Assembly (NCBI GenBank): GCA_965233585.1
Contig: CBDDTI010000745.1
Location: 416,001 to 480,000, forward strand
Length of the DNA: 64,000 nt
Direction of reading: 5' to 3'
Source: a bacterium
GTDB lineage: Bacteria; SAR324; NAC60-12
In this document: positions 38,470 to 49,332 of the stretch, one piece after another
Numbering within the stretch: position 1 is the first letter of the stretch
Layout: every line of letters starts with the position of its first letter
Position numbers and translations under genes: made by a program
The notes under the pieces: generated by a model
Database searches by the model: none
Seen by the model: the letters and a program-made list of their open reading frames with translations, nothing else
What the model was told of the DNA's origin: nothing

Positions 38470-38485
38470 TGGCATTTGGTTTGCA
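38470..38485 (+). promoter_or_regulatory. sigma54 (-24/-12) promoter of flgBC-fliE
   Basis: TGGCAT-TTGGT-TTGCA matches TGGCAC-N5-TTGCW, 45 bp upstream of the flgB ATG. Confidence 0.8.
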
Positions 38486-38530
38486 TTTGAATCGCTAGAT
38501 TATAACACAATCCCTGAAGCTGAACAAAAA

Positions 38531-38947
38531 ATGTCAAACTTTCTCAACACCAAGTTATTAACACTTGCAGAAAAATCTCTTGACTTTAGAACCAAACGAC
38601 AGGATTTGCTTGCATCAAACATTGCCAATAAAGACACCCCAGGATACCAAGCAGAAGATTTAGTCTTTGAAAAAAATCTAAAGAAAGCACTTCATGCAGA
38701 CCAGCCCGGTCCTTTGAAAATCACGGACGTTAGACACATGGACGGCAACGACACGCCACCACTTCAAGTGACTGAAGCCCAAAGGATCCGCAGCGCTGCA
38801 CCTTTTGTCAACTTTAATGGCAATACAGTAGACTTAGACAAAGAGATGTCAAAAATGGCAGAAAATCAGCTCATGTACAATGCGACAACTCGGGTGATTT
38901 CGCATCAGTTCAGGGCACTCAAAACCGCTATTTCAGAAGGGAGGTAA
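38531..38947 (+). CDS. flgB: Flagellar basal-body rod protein FlgB
   Basis: RQDLLASNIANKDTPGY, NGNTVDLDKEM and ENQLMY; start placed at ATG 38531. Confidence 0.95.
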   Translation: MSNFLNTKLLTLAEKSLDFRTKRQDLLASNIANKDTPGYQAEDLVFEKNLKKALHADQPGPLKITDVRHMDGNDTPPLQVTEAQRIRSAAPFVNFNGNTVDLDKEMSKMAENQLMYNATTRVISHQFRALKTAISEGR

Positions 38948-38950
38948 TTT

Positions 38951-39400
38951 ATGAGCTTTCTCGCATCAATGGGCGTCAGTGTTTCAGGAATGGTCGCACA
39001 ACGGCATCGTGTCAATACCATTTCTGAAAATATTGCCAATGCACAAACAACAAGAACCCCCGAAGGAGGACCTTACAGACGCAGAGAAGTTGTCTTTGCC
39101 GCTGTTTCAAATGACCGCACCTTTGAGGAAGAGCTAAAAAATCAAGACCGTTCTGTCTCAACAAATACAGAAGTCAAGGTCGTTGGAGTCGTACAGGACA
39201 ATCGGGCGCCCATTTTAAAGTATGAGCCTTCACACCCTGACGCTAATGCTCAAGGTTATGTTGAGTATCCAAACATCAATGCGATGGAAGAATCTGCCAA
39301 TCTGATGCTGGCATCGCGTTCGTATGAGGCAAACATTGCGGCATTCAATGTCTCTAAAAGTATGATTCAAAGTGCCTTAGACCTCAACAAACCTGTTTAA
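38951..39400 (+). CDS. flgC: Flagellar basal-body rod protein FlgC
   Basis: ENIANAQTTRTPEGGPYRRR, YEPSHPDA...GYV.YPN and ASRSYEAN. Confidence 0.96.
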   Translation: MSFLASMGVSVSGMVAQRHRVNTISENIANAQTTRTPEGGPYRRREVVFAAVSNDRTFEEELKNQDRSVSTNTEVKVVGVVQDNRAPILKYEPSHPDANAQGYVEYPNINAMEESANLMLASRSYEANIAAFNVSKSMIQSALDLNKPV

Positions 39401-39436
39401 AATAGATTTTTTTGAATTTCAAATCAGGACAAAACC

Positions 39437-39742
39437 ATGAGTCAAATGATTAAAAACAACGTTGTTCCAAATTTAACGCTTCAAAGAAATGTAGAACAAA
39501 ATCATTCTTTTCAAGCAAAGTCTGGGGGGTTATCAAACACCTTTTCCGCACTTCTTAAAGAAGTGAATGAGCAACAACTTGAAGCAGAAAGAAAGCAAAC
39601 AGAGTTCCTGACCTCTCCAAATAAAGACGTTCACGGAACAATGATTGCGATGGAAAAAGCTGATATTTCTCTCAAAATGCTTTTACAGGTCAGGGGGAAG
39701 TTGGTTTCTGCTTATGAAGAAGTGATGCGTATGCAAGTTTGA
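39437..39742 (+). CDS. fliE: Flagellar hook-basal body protein FliE
   Basis: DVHGTMIAMEKA...QVRGKLVSAYEEVMRMQV. Confidence 0.95.
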   Translation: MSQMIKNNVVPNLTLQRNVEQNHSFQAKSGGLSNTFSALLKEVNEQQLEAERKQTEFLTSPNKDVHGTMIAMEKADISLKMLLQVRGKLVSAYEEVMRMQV

Positions 39743-39779
39743 TGGTAAATGAAACGATGTGGGTCAATTTGTTTTTAAA

Positions 39780-40781
39780 TTAAAAATAAAACAAAAAATT
39801 TGCGTGAATGTCTTGTGCAAAAGGAGCATTTCTTCCCCTCAAAGGGTACGAAGTGCCTAAACGCAACAAAAATGGAAGGGACGTCTTGCCTTCTTCCAAA
39901 TCAGACAGACTCCCCCAACCTACTCTTGCTTTGACGTTCCAAAGGAAAGAAGGGTCTCCTTGATCTTCACCTGCAATTTTGGTAGAGTCTTTCTTCCAAT
40001 AATCAGTTCCTGCCCCTGCAAAAAAATTTGAAAATTGAACGCTGGACTCATACTTGAATCCCAGACGGAAACCTTGTTTGTATGATCCCTTGACACCTGT
40101 CAAAGTCTCTCCTTGCTTTGTCCAGTCTTGGCTTGCTGAAAGTTTTAAGTTGTGCCTGACTCCATCAGCGAAAGGAAACCAGCTCCAGTGCAACAACGTT
40201 CCAACTCCCCTAAATTCACGACTTGACTCAACAGGCATGATTCCTATCGGTTCTCTATTCTCAGGGTACTCTATTCTCATTGCCCAACGAAAATAAAAGA
40301 AGTCTGTCTGCGTTAGGAGTTGAGTGATTTTGAACTGAATTGCACCAAGACCTGATGTCTCTTTTGATTCCAGATTTTCAACAGCCTTTGACAACTGCTG
40401 TTGGTCTTCTGATGAAACATTGTCAGCATTGACAATCTCCAGTGATGAGCTTTGCTTGTCACGCACGATGGGTATAGCCATTTGAAGGAACCAATTTTTA
40501 GAAAGACCATAGTTGATGCGAAGTGTAGTAATTTCATCAGTTCTTTCAAATTTTCCCTCTAGTTGGTCACGGAAAGATTGTGAGCGAATCAAAACTTGGT
40601 ACAAAGGTTTGACATGACGGTCTCCATCAAATGCCTCGTCATATCGCATCAATTCATAGTCTAATTTGACTTTTACAACTCCTTCAGGAATCGCTTCCTC
40701 TGTTTCAGATGCGAATCCTAATTGATTCATAAACACTATCAAACACAAGGTTTTCCTTAAAAAGGATTTGATGTTTTTCAC
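39780..40781 (-). CDS. Putative outer-membrane beta-barrel protein
   Basis: GTG start overlapping the maf stop (GTGA); signal-like N-terminus, amphipathic strands and C-terminal Phe (ANFLFYF). Confidence 0.6.
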   Translation of the reverse strand: MKNIKSFLRKTLCLIVFMNQLGFASETEEAIPEGVVKVKLDYELMRYDEAFDGDRHVKPLYQVLIRSQSFRDQLEGKFERTDEITTLRINYGLSKNWFLQMAIPIVRDKQSSSLEIVNADNVSSEDQQQLSKAVENLESKETSGLGAIQFKITQLLTQTDFFYFRWAMRIEYPENREPIGIMPVESSREFRGVGTLLHWSWFPFADGVRHNLKLSASQDWTKQGETLTGVKGSYKQGFRLGFKYESSVQFSNFFAGAGTDYWKKDSTKIAGEDQGDPSFLWNVKARVGWGSLSDLEEGKTSLPFLLRLGTSYPLRGRNAPFAQDIHANFLFYF

Positions 40782-41365
40782 TCTTTCCAATTTGCCCAAC
40801 CTTTTTGAATTAAATCTTGTAAAATTTGCCCCATTGGAAACCCAACAACATTATCAAACGCCCCCTGTATCCATTTAACAAATGCCGAGCCTAGACCTTG
40901 AATTGAATATGCTCCTGCCTTGTCAAATGACTCACCTGTTGCAAGATATGCCTCAATCCACTGCTCATTCATTTGATAAAACATGATTTTCGTTTCAACT
41001 ACATCAACAACCTGTTGACTTGAGGAGGTAAGACAATAACCAGAATAGACATGATGTATGCCTCCGTTTAAACATTTTAGCATTGTTTTTGCTTCTTCAT
41101 AGTCTTTGGGCTTGCCGAATATTTTTCCATCTTTCACAACAACGGTATCTCCTGCTAGGACTAACGATTCAGGATAACGTTTTTGTGCTTTAAGAGCTTT
41201 GTCTTGAGAAAGCCTTGCGACATAGTCTTTGGGAGATTCATCAGACCCTGCTGTTTCATCAACGTCAGGGGGATAGACTTCAAATTGGAATCCATAATAT
41301 TTCAATAGATCGCTCCTTCTTGGAGAACTGGAAGCAAGACAGAATGGAAGAGTCTGCTCAATCAT
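40778..41365 (-). CDS. maf: Maf family nucleotide pyrophosphatase
   Basis: LASSSPRR, AGDTVV...GKP, DKAGAYSIQG and NVVGFP. Confidence 0.93.
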   Translation of the reverse strand: MIEQTLPFCLASSSPRRSDLLKYYGFQFEVYPPDVDETAGSDESPKDYVARLSQDKALKAQKRYPESLVLAGDTVVVKDGKIFGKPKDYEEAKTMLKCLNGGIHHVYSGYCLTSSSQQVVDVVETKIMFYQMNEQWIEAYLATGESFDKAGAYSIQGLGSAFVKWIQGAFDNVVGFPMGQILQDLIQKGWANWKE

Positions 41366-41407
41366 GGGGGATTGAAAGAAGAATTAAGGTGTTGTCTAAA
41401 TGGCTCA

Positions 41408-43243
41408 TTATGAATTTTCAACGTTTAGCTTGTCTCGTAAGTTGTCGGCATAATAATCAAAAATTTTGCGTGCAATTTGACCAGAAGCTGAACCACCACT
41501 GCCACCATGTTCTACTAAAACTACAACAGAAAGTTCGGGACTTTCAGGTGTGAAGGAGGCAATCCAAGAATGTGCTTGGTAGTCTTTTTGTTCTTTTTTT
41601 TCATCACTCCAAAATCGTGTAGAATCATGCCCAACGACTTGTGCCGTTCCTGTTTTAGCAGCAATATTCAATTTGGAAGTGTTTAAAATCCGAGCTGTGC
41701 CATTTTTTTCTTGTACAGCAGCTGTCATGGCTTCTCGCAAAAGTGCTAAATATTCAGGTTTAAATTCATGTTCTGTTTGATATTGAGTTCGTTCAGAAAG
41801 TAACAGCTTAGGTTTCACGACAAGACCATCGTTGGCTAAAATATTGATAAAATTGGCAACTTGTATTGGCGTCACATTCAAATAACCTTGACCGATTGCC
41901 ACAGTCAAAGTCTCCCCATGAAACCACTGTTCTCCTAAAGCCTTCAGCTTCCATTGAGAGTTTGGCAAAATTCCTATTTTTTCATTGGGTAAAATGATTC
42001 CTGTTTTTTGACCAAATCCAAACATCTTTGCGTATTTTGCCAGCTGATCTATTCCAACTTCCAAGGCAGATTTATAAAAATACACATTGCATGACTCTTT
42101 GATGGCTTTTCTCAAATTCACAGTGCCATGTCCTCCCTTCTTCCATGCCCAGCATTTAAAGGGCTGTTTTCTGCCTTTGATGTAAAAGAATCCAGGGCAA
42201 TGATGTGTTGTCTCTGAATCAACCACTCCCAAATCTAAAGAGGCATACGCTGTCACAATTTTGAAGACAGAACCCGGTGAATAAATTCCCTGTATAGATT
42301 TATTTTCAAGAGGATGTTCAGGGTGATTGAGCAATGCTTGCCAGTCTTTAAGGCTGATTCCATCGGAGAAAAGGTTTGGGTTGAAAGTTGGGAAACTTGC
42401 CATTGCCAAAATCTCACCAGTTTTAGGGTGCATGACTAAGACAGAACCTGTTTGCCCCTCCATCCATTCATTGATTTTAGCTTGTAAATCAATGTCAATC
42501 GTCAAAGAAACATCTTCTCCGGGAACAGGAGCAATCCTTTGTCCTAAGGTATGAAGTTCTCTACCAACATAATCTACTTCAACTTGCTTGCCTCCATCTG
42601 TCCCAACAAGAGTACTATTGCTGACTTTCTCAACTCCTGTTTGCCCTATGACCATGCCAGAATATTTTTTCCCTTTGGCAATCTCTTCAGTTTGATTTTC
42701 CTGCCTCTGACTCACATAACCTAAAACATGAGATGCCTGACCTTGATAGGGGTAATATCTACGTGACTGAATGCTGATAGTTGCACCTAAAAAGTCATTT
42801 TCATAAGTTTCTAAGAGAACTGCTTGTTCGTAGCTTAAATCTGTTTGTAGAATGATTGGTTTAAAGCGTGCAGAGTAGCGATTTTGGTCAATAATTTTTT
42901 TCAAATCTTGATACGGCTTTTTGAGAACGTACGACAAATTACGTAAAGTTACCTCTAAATCTGGAGTATCTTCACGAATCAATGACAATTCATAAACTGG
43001 TCTGTTGTCAGCAAGGGGCTTACCATGCCTATCATAGATGAAACCTCTTGGAGCTGCTTCAGGAGCAAGACGAATCCGATTGCCGTTGGCATAGTTAAGA
43101 TAAGTGTCTCCCTTCACGATTTGCAGATGCCACAGTCTTGTCGCAGTAACCCCAAAACTCAAGGCTAAGCATAAAGTCAAAAAACTTCCTCTTGTACAAA
43201 ATAAGCTACATTCTTCTGATTCTAAAGGGTCTTGGTCAATCAT
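41408..43243 (-). CDS. mrdA: Penicillin-binding protein 2
   Basis: APRGFIYDR, YSPGSVFK, SCNVYFY and KTGTAQV; follows mreBCD. Confidence 0.94.
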   Translation of the reverse strand: MIDQDPLESEECSLFCTRGSFLTLCLALSFGVTATRLWHLQIVKGDTYLNYANGNRIRLAPEAAPRGFIYDRHGKPLADNRPVYELSLIREDTPDLEVTLRNLSYVLKKPYQDLKKIIDQNRYSARFKPIILQTDLSYEQAVLLETYENDFLGATISIQSRRYYPYQGQASHVLGYVSQRQENQTEEIAKGKKYSGMVIGQTGVEKVSNSTLVGTDGGKQVEVDYVGRELHTLGQRIAPVPGEDVSLTIDIDLQAKINEWMEGQTGSVLVMHPKTGEILAMASFPTFNPNLFSDGISLKDWQALLNHPEHPLENKSIQGIYSPGSVFKIVTAYASLDLGVVDSETTHHCPGFFYIKGRKQPFKCWAWKKGGHGTVNLRKAIKESCNVYFYKSALEVGIDQLAKYAKMFGFGQKTGIILPNEKIGILPNSQWKLKALGEQWFHGETLTVAIGQGYLNVTPIQVANFINILANDGLVVKPKLLLSERTQYQTEHEFKPEYLALLREAMTAAVQEKNGTARILNTSKLNIAAKTGTAQVVGHDSTRFWSDEKKEQKDYQAHSWIASFTPESPELSVVVLVEHGGSGGSASGQIARKIFDYYADNLRDKLNVENS

Positions 43244-43716
43244 CGTTTCTCAAAAAAAGGGAGGCATAAAGACACCATAATTAAAAAAGCAAATTCTGCT
43301 AAAAAAGATGGTAATGTGTATCGGAATAAGAAAAGTTGCCACTGTGTTTCAGGAATCACAATATTAAACAACGTTAAGGATAACACTTTTTCCAAAAGCA
43401 ATAACCCTGTCATAGGAATTGCAATCGTTACCAGATTTTGTGTCTCAATCCAAGAAGCCAAAGCATAGGCTAAAGAGCTAATCAAAAGCCATGAAAGCGC
43501 ATAGATTCCAAGATACTGATGAGAAAGTGAATCAATGATAGCTCCCACCAAAAGAGCTAAAAAAACAATAAAAAAATGTTGATTCCTCAAGGTCAAAATC
43601 AAGGGAATGACTAATGATAAATGAGGTTTTACAGAAAATAAAGAGAGTTGATTTGCAACCAAAATATGCACTACTAACCCAAATAAACTGCCCAGAGTCC
43701 AAAACATTGGTCTCAT
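43240..43716 (-). CDS. mreD: Rod shape-determining protein MreD
   Basis: Hydrophobic multi-TM protein with KPHL and GAIIDSLS...G; lies between mreC and mrdA. Confidence 0.85.
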   Translation of the reverse strand: MRPMFWTLGSLFGLVVHILVANQLSLFSVKPHLSLVIPLILTLRNQHFFIVFLALLVGAIIDSLSHQYLGIYALSWLLISSLAYALASWIETQNLVTIAIPMTGLLLLEKVLSLTLFNIVIPETQWQLFLFRYTLPSFLAEFAFLIMVSLCLPFFEKR

Positions 43717-44537
43717 TGTGAACTCAGTCGCAATGATAAATTTTGGTTGGCAATCACAAAGACCCCTTCAATCTTTTCAAAATCAACAGCCGTTTGAATT
43801 TTAGCAGTTTGAAACAGGGCATGGTCTTCACTTTTAATGCTGGAGATGGTACCAACAAGCAAGCCTTTGGGGAAAATTCCACTTAAACCACTGGTCACAA
43901 TTCTGTCACCTACCTTAATTTCTTCTCTACGAGAAATTTGACGCAATTCTACTCCGTCATGTGTTCCAAAAACGATGCCCTTGCCTCTTGTCCTCTGAAT
44001 CAGAGCAGGAAATCTCATTCTTTGGTCTAAGATTAATTGCACACTTGAATGAGAGTTTGAAACAGATTGGATTCGTCCAACAACACCTTCTTGAAGCATC
44101 ACAGCAAAATTACGTTTGATGCCTTCTGCTCGGCTCAAGCTAATAAACAATGTACGGTGGTAGCTGTCTAGTGACTGCCCTATCACATCAGCAAATTGAG
44201 TAGAAAACGTATTCTTGCGTGCAAACTCCAATTGAGTCTTCAACCGATGGTATCTGACAGACTCTTCCATGTAAAAAGAAAGTTCTTGTTCTAATTGGGC
44301 AAGCCTTTTTTTCAAATAGACATTTTCTTTTTTTAAATTGACAAGGTAGAAGTACTTGTTAATGACTGATGTGATGTGGTTTTGTGTTTGATGAAAAAAA
44401 CGAAGAAAAGGAGAAGTAAAAATATCAAAGACTGGATGTGACCTGGAAGTGAAGGGGTAAAAAAAGAGGTACCCTGCAACGAGTATAGAGGTTGCAAAAA
44501 AAATGACGATAGCATAATTCTTTTGAATCCAGCTCAC
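43713..44537 (-). CDS. mreC: Rod shape-determining protein MreC
   Basis: LKKEN..LK coiled coil, GVVGRI and GDRIVTSGLSGIFPKGL. Confidence 0.93.
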   Translation of the reverse strand: MSWIQKNYAIVIFFATSILVAGYLFFYPFTSRSHPVFDIFTSPFLRFFHQTQNHITSVINKYFYLVNLKKENVYLKKRLAQLEQELSFYMEESVRYHRLKTQLEFARKNTFSTQFADVIGQSLDSYHRTLFISLSRAEGIKRNFAVMLQEGVVGRIQSVSNSHSSVQLILDQRMRFPALIQRTRGKGIVFGTHDGVELRQISRREEIKVGDRIVTSGLSGIFPKGLLVGTISSIKSEDHALFQTAKIQTAVDFEKIEGVFVIANQNLSLRLSSQ

Positions 44538-44579
44538 AAGCTTCTTTGAATGAAAACTTTTATTTGGCTGTCACGATGT

Positions 44580-45614
44580 TTACTGATCTGCAACGATTGC
44601 GGCAAGTAATCCAATTTGGTCTAACATGAGTCCTGTTCCTTTAGCAACGCAAGTCAAAGGGTCGTCTGCATGAAAAACAGGCAGCCCCGTATGTTCTTTG
44701 ATGAGTGTGTCCAAACCGCTTAAAAGCGAGCCTCCACCAGCTAACACAATCCCTTTGTCAACAATGTCAGATGAAAGTTCAGGGGGGGTTTTTTCAAGTG
44801 CATTGCGTACGGTCTGAATGATTTCACCGCAAACATCTGCCAATGTTTCTCTGATTTCATCTTCAGTCAAAACTAAGGTTTGAGGAATCCCTGTGACCAA
44901 GTCTCGCCCTTTAATGTCTAGTGTTTTTCCCTCCTGTGAAGGATACGCTGAACCAATATTGATTTTGATTTCTTCAGCAGTGCGGTCTCCGATAAGTAAG
45001 TTGTACTTTTTCTTAACAAATTGAATGATTGTGTCGTCCATTGCATCGCCCCCTACCTTTGCAGATTCACTGTACACAATTCCTGCCAAAGAAATGATAG
45101 CAACTTCTGTGGTACCCCCTCCGATGTCAACAATCATATTGCCCCTTGCTTCTGTGATTGGAAGCCCTGCACCAACAGCAGCTGCCATTGGCTCTTCTAC
45201 AAGAAAGACCTTTTCTGCACCAGCAGACTCCGCAGATTCACGAACTGCACGTTTCTCAACCTGTGTGATTCCCGAAGGCACAGCAATCACAATTTGAGGT
45301 TTAAAGGAAAGCCCACGTATCTGAACTTTACGAATGAAGTACTTCAGCATCTCTTGCGTCACATCAAAGTCTGAAATGACTCCATCTTTCATAGGGCGAA
45401 TTGCTGTGATATTGCCCGGCACACGACCCAGCATTTTCTTGGCTTCTTCACCTACTGCTAAGACTTTATTCTCTCCTCTATTGCCTTTTTGAATTGCCAC
45501 GACAGAAGGTTCTCTAATCACAATTCCTTGATTTTTGATATAAACCAGCGTGTTTGCAGTGCCAAGGTCAATAGCAATATCTTGTCTAAAAACATTTTTG
45601 AGGTAAGACCACAT
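44580..45614 (-). CDS. mreB: Rod shape-determining protein MreB
   Basis: IDLGTANT, EPSVVA, EEPMAAA, DIGGGTTE and PPELSSDI. Confidence 0.98.
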   Translation of the reverse strand: MWSYLKNVFRQDIAIDLGTANTLVYIKNQGIVIREPSVVAIQKGNRGENKVLAVGEEAKKMLGRVPGNITAIRPMKDGVISDFDVTQEMLKYFIRKVQIRGLSFKPQIVIAVPSGITQVEKRAVRESAESAGAEKVFLVEEPMAAAVGAGLPITEARGNMIVDIGGGTTEVAIISLAGIVYSESAKVGGDAMDDTIIQFVKKKYNLLIGDRTAEEIKINIGSAYPSQEGKTLDIKGRDLVTGIPQTLVLTEDEIRETLADVCGEIIQTVRNALEKTPPELSSDIVDKGIVLAGGGSLLSGLDTLIKEHTGLPVFHADDPLTCVAKGTGLMLDQIGLLAAIVADQ

Positions 45615-45653
45615 AAAGTAATTTTGTCAGTTGGAAAAATCTGTATAAACCTG

Positions 45654-46226
45654 TCAAAGTTGTTGGTACCCACTCCAACGAGAGACCAAATCATGCTCAA
45701 TTCTTGCCAAATCTAATGCTCGTCCGACACTGTGATTAACGATGTCATCTATTGACTGAGGCAAGGAGTAAAATGCAGGAGCAATAGGAGCAACGACCGC
45801 TCCCATCTCACTGACACGCAACATGCTTTGGATATGACCAATGTGTAAAGGAGTCTCACGAAACATTAAAACAACTCTTTTTCGTTCTTTTAACATGACG
45901 TCAGCTGCCCGAACAATCAATGTGTCAGAAACTCCTGTTGCAAGGCGTGATAGCGTATTCACCGAACAAGGTGCAATGAACATGCTGTGAACTGGGAATG
46001 AACCACTTGCGATAGGTGCAGCAAGATTTTTATTGGAATAGACTTGAGTGGCAATGTCTTTGATCGTCTTAAGATTCCAAGAGGTTTCATAAGCTAAGGT
46101 TTGGGCACCAGAGTTGGAAACAATCAGATGTGTCTCAACATTGGGAATCACAGCAAGGTGTTCCAAAAGCCTGACACCATAGATTGCTCCCGTTGCTCCT
46201 GTGATTGCGACGGTAATTCGTTTCAT
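45654..46226 (-). CDS. ubiX: Flavin prenyltransferase UbiX
   Basis: ITGATGAIYG, IASGSF, PCS, RAADVMLKER, RETP and PAFY. Confidence 0.93.
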   Translation of the reverse strand: MKRITVAITGATGAIYGVRLLEHLAVIPNVETHLIVSNSGAQTLAYETSWNLKTIKDIATQVYSNKNLAAPIASGSFPVHSMFIAPCSVNTLSRLATGVSDTLIVRAADVMLKERKRVVLMFRETPLHIGHIQSMLRVSEMGAVVAPIAPAFYSLPQSIDDIVNHSVGRALDLARIEHDLVSRWSGYQQL

Positions 46227-46413
46227 AAATCCTAAAAAATTATCAAGAGGATTGTCAGAATGAGAATGACGTCAACAACTATGACACCTGTCTTAATTTT
46301 ATTTTGGACAGATTCATTGAGCACGTCAAAGTTTCTCTTCAAAAACTTCATGAAAAAGCGGGCTTGAGATTCAACCAGTTTCATCAAATTCCTTTGTTTT
46401 TATATGAGGTGAG

Positions 46414-48198
46414 TTATTCTTTGAATGATTCTAACAATTTACTTCGTGTAGGGTGTTTCAGCTTCTTAAGTGCCTTGGCTTCTATTTGACGGATTCTTTC
46501 ACGCGTGACGTCAAAGTCTTGCCCAACCTCCTCTAAGGTATGGTCTTTTTTCTCATCAATGCCAAACCTCATGCGCAAAACCTTTTCTTCCCTCGGGGTT
46601 AAGGTGCTTAAAGCACTCCGTGTGAGTTCCTTGAGATTAGAATATGTTGCAGAATCACTAGGATTCAAGACTTTATCATCAGGGATAAAATCTTTCAATT
46701 GTGAATCATCATCGTCTCCAATTGGAGTATCTAAAGAGATAGGTTCTTTTGAGATTTTTAGGACTCGTCTCACTTTAGCAACAGGAATAGAGACCCTTTC
46801 TGCAAGTTCTTCTGGGGTTGGCTCACGCCCTTTTTCTTGCACCATAGAACGATTAGTCCTCATCAGTTTATTGATGGTTTCAATCATGTGAACGGGAATG
46901 CGAATTGTGCGGGCTTGGTCTGCAATCGCTCTAGTAATGGACTGCCTGATCCACCACGTTGCGTAAGTTGAAAATTTATAACCCCGCTTGTATTCAAACT
47001 TATCTACTGCCTTCATCAAGCCGATGTTGCCTTCTTGAATCAAATCCAAAAACTGCAACCCACGATTGGTATATTTCTTGGCAATACTAATCACAAGCCT
47101 CAAGTTTGCTTCAATCAGCTGGCTTTTAGCAATCGTTACCTTTCTTTCTGCAATCTTAACGCAGTTGACCTGCTTTTCAAACTCCTCAAGGTCTAGTTCA
47201 GTTTGAGCCACCCGAATTGCAACACGAGAACGTGCATTTTCTATTTTTTCGTGAATCCTACGAGTGATACGAAATGAACGTCCATTTTTAGAAACTTCTT
47301 CTTCAAGTTGCTGACGGACTGACTTGCTGGCTTTGTGGTACTTGGTAAAAAATTCGTCAACCTCTTCAAGAGTCCATTGAAGCTCTTCTAAATAAACCTT
47401 CATCTCGTTTTTGGATTGCACAATATTGTCTCTGTGCTTCAAGACAAGACTGCTCATTGCCTCAATTTGACGTGAGTTGAAGTTGATTTCATCTTTAATG
47501 ATTGTTTTGATTTGTCCCATCATCTCATCAATCTGTTTCTGTTTTTTAGCCGATATTTTTTTACTGCCACTGCGAACAGATAGCACTTTCTTATACAGAC
47601 TTTCAATTTGGCGAAGATATTTGAGAACAGCACTTTTTGCTTTATTTTCATCTTCAATAATCTGAAATTCGTCATCTAATCCAGAAATGATATGACGAAT
47701 GCGGACTTTGTCTGTTGATAATTTTTTGATAAGATTGATCAAGTAATTGATAATCAAAGCAGATTTTGAAAAAATCTCTAATAACTCTTGTTGTCCTTCT
47801 TCAATGCGTTGAGAAACTTGAATTTCTCCCTCACGATTCAACAAATCAATCTGCCCCATTTCACGCAAGTACATACGCACAGGGTCTTCTATGCTTTCCA
47901 TACCGATTTCAAACTCTACTTCATCAGAGAGTTTGTCCTCTTCTTCCTTAAAGTCTTCTTCAATACGATTGATGCTGATGTTGTTTTCGTCCATCACATC
48001 AATATCAAGTTCAGCAAGAGAGATATAAACTTGCTCTATGTCGTCAGGGGAAACATTCACCTCTCTGAGGTATGTATTCACGGTATCCAACGCGACAAAC
48101 CCTCTCTCCTTTCCTTCTGTAATGAGTTCTTTGGTCACTCGCTGAATTTCTTTTTGCGTGTTTTCTTTTTCATCAGATAAATCAGAAACTTTTGTCAT
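46414..48198 (-). CDS. rpoD: Primary sigma factor RpoD
   Basis: [35 protein letters not shown] and [14 protein letters not shown]. Confidence 0.98.
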   Translation of the reverse strand: MTKVSDLSDEKENTQKEIQRVTKELITEGKERGFVALDTVNTYLREVNVSPDDIEQVYISLAELDIDVMDENNISINRIEEDFKEEEDKLSDEVEFEIGMESIEDPVRMYLREMGQIDLLNREGEIQVSQRIEEGQQELLEIFSKSALIINYLINLIKKLSTDKVRIRHIISGLDDEFQIIEDENKAKSAVLKYLRQIESLYKKVLSVRSGSKKISAKKQKQIDEMMGQIKTIIKDEINFNSRQIEAMSSLVLKHRDNIVQSKNEMKVYLEELQWTLEEVDEFFTKYHKASKSVRQQLEEEVSKNGRSFRITRRIHEKIENARSRVAIRVAQTELDLEEFEKQVNCVKIAERKVTIAKSQLIEANLRLVISIAKKYTNRGLQFLDLIQEGNIGLMKAVDKFEYKRGYKFSTYATWWIRQSITRAIADQARTIRIPVHMIETINKLMRTNRSMVQEKGREPTPEELAERVSIPVAKVRRVLKISKEPISLDTPIGDDDDSQLKDFIPDDKVLNPSDSATYSNLKELTRSALSTLTPREEKVLRMRFGIDEKKDHTLEEVGQDFDVTRERIRQIEAKALKKLKHPTRSKLLESFKE

Positions 48199-48376
48199 CA
48201 GAACAATCTCCTCGTAGATTAAGTGGGAAAGTGAAAAATAGTAATAGGGAGGGTGAGAATAGCAAAACTTGCTATTATATCATCACACAATTATTCTGTA
48301 AAGATGATAGAGTCGTTTTTTGAGAGTGTTCTTGAGATTTGATGGAAGCTGGGAGGAAAAGAACCGAACGTGGAAA

Positions 48377-48868
48377 TTACTTGGACTTGATTGCCTTTTG
48401 GTTTTTGTATTGCTGCGTCATAAAACGATCCACCTCCCTTAGCCTTGTCTCAGGTGCTTGTTTCTGATTCAGCTTTTTTTGGAAAGAAGACCTGTGCGAG
48501 ATAAACTTTGCATAACGTCTCTGTCTTGCATTCATTGTTTGAGAAAGCTCTTCGTTTAGCCCGTTATAATTCACCCTAGCCTCTTCTAATCCTTTGCGTT
48601 TGGCAAGTTCTTCTCTGGAACGCTTATAATTAACAGATTGGTATTCGGAATAGCTTTGATACAGTTCTGCATCAGAACGATGAGGAATAGGCTGTTGCTG
48701 CTGAAACTGACGATGCTCTTGCATTCTTAAGAAATTCTCACGACTATCTGAAACCCATTTACGATATTCGCTCTGCGTCTGTGGATGTCCGTAAGGAGAG
48801 TATTCCCTGTGAGACTGGCATGACTGCAACAAAAAAGAAACCAACATAATCAGCAAAAATTTTTTCAT
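48377..48868 (-). CDS. Putative lipoprotein
   Basis: MKKFLLIMLVSFLLQSC lipobox; start placed at ATG 48868. Confidence 0.7.
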   Translation of the reverse strand: MKKFLLIMLVSFLLQSCQSHREYSPYGHPQTQSEYRKWVSDSRENFLRMQEHRQFQQQQPIPHRSDAELYQSYSEYQSVNYKRSREELAKRKGLEEARVNYNGLNEELSQTMNARQRRYAKFISHRSSFQKKLNQKQAPETRLREVDRFMTQQYKNQKAIKSK

Positions 48869-49068
48869 AGCAAGCTCATATAAAAAATCCATACAATACT
48901 TATCGGAAGCCTTTGGAAAATCTGAAGTCACTTCATTTCATTTAGATACTGATCCACCCATCGCTAAAACCCAAGGTAAGGCTTGGCTTTTGAACAACGA
49001 TTTAAAATTCCACTTTCCTAAAAGAGTATGCTAGAATTTGAGATTGGTTTCTACTCAATTTTTGAAGC

Positions 49069-49308
49069 ATGGCAGATCCGTCACTTAAAAATCTGGAAAA
49101 TGTACTGGGTCGTTACTACGTGGATCAAGAGTGCATTGATTGTCATCTCTGCTCTCAAATTGCACCTGACAATTTTGCACGTAGCATCATTGGGGGCTAT
49201 GACTATGTTTCTATGCAACCCAGCTGCCCTCTGCAAGAGGAACTTTGTCAAGAAGCCATGGAATGTTGCCCCGTGGAAGCCATTGGAGATGATGGAGATG
49301 TTTTTTAG
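49069..49308 (+). CDS. Single-cluster ferredoxin
   Basis: YYVDQECIDCHLC...AP..F...CPVEAIG. Confidence 0.9.
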   Translation: MADPSLKNLENVLGRYYVDQECIDCHLCSQIAPDNFARSIIGGYDYVSMQPSCPLQEELCQEAMECCPVEAIGDDGDVF

Positions 49309-49332
49309 TTCACACTGTTTCAAAAGGTTTTT

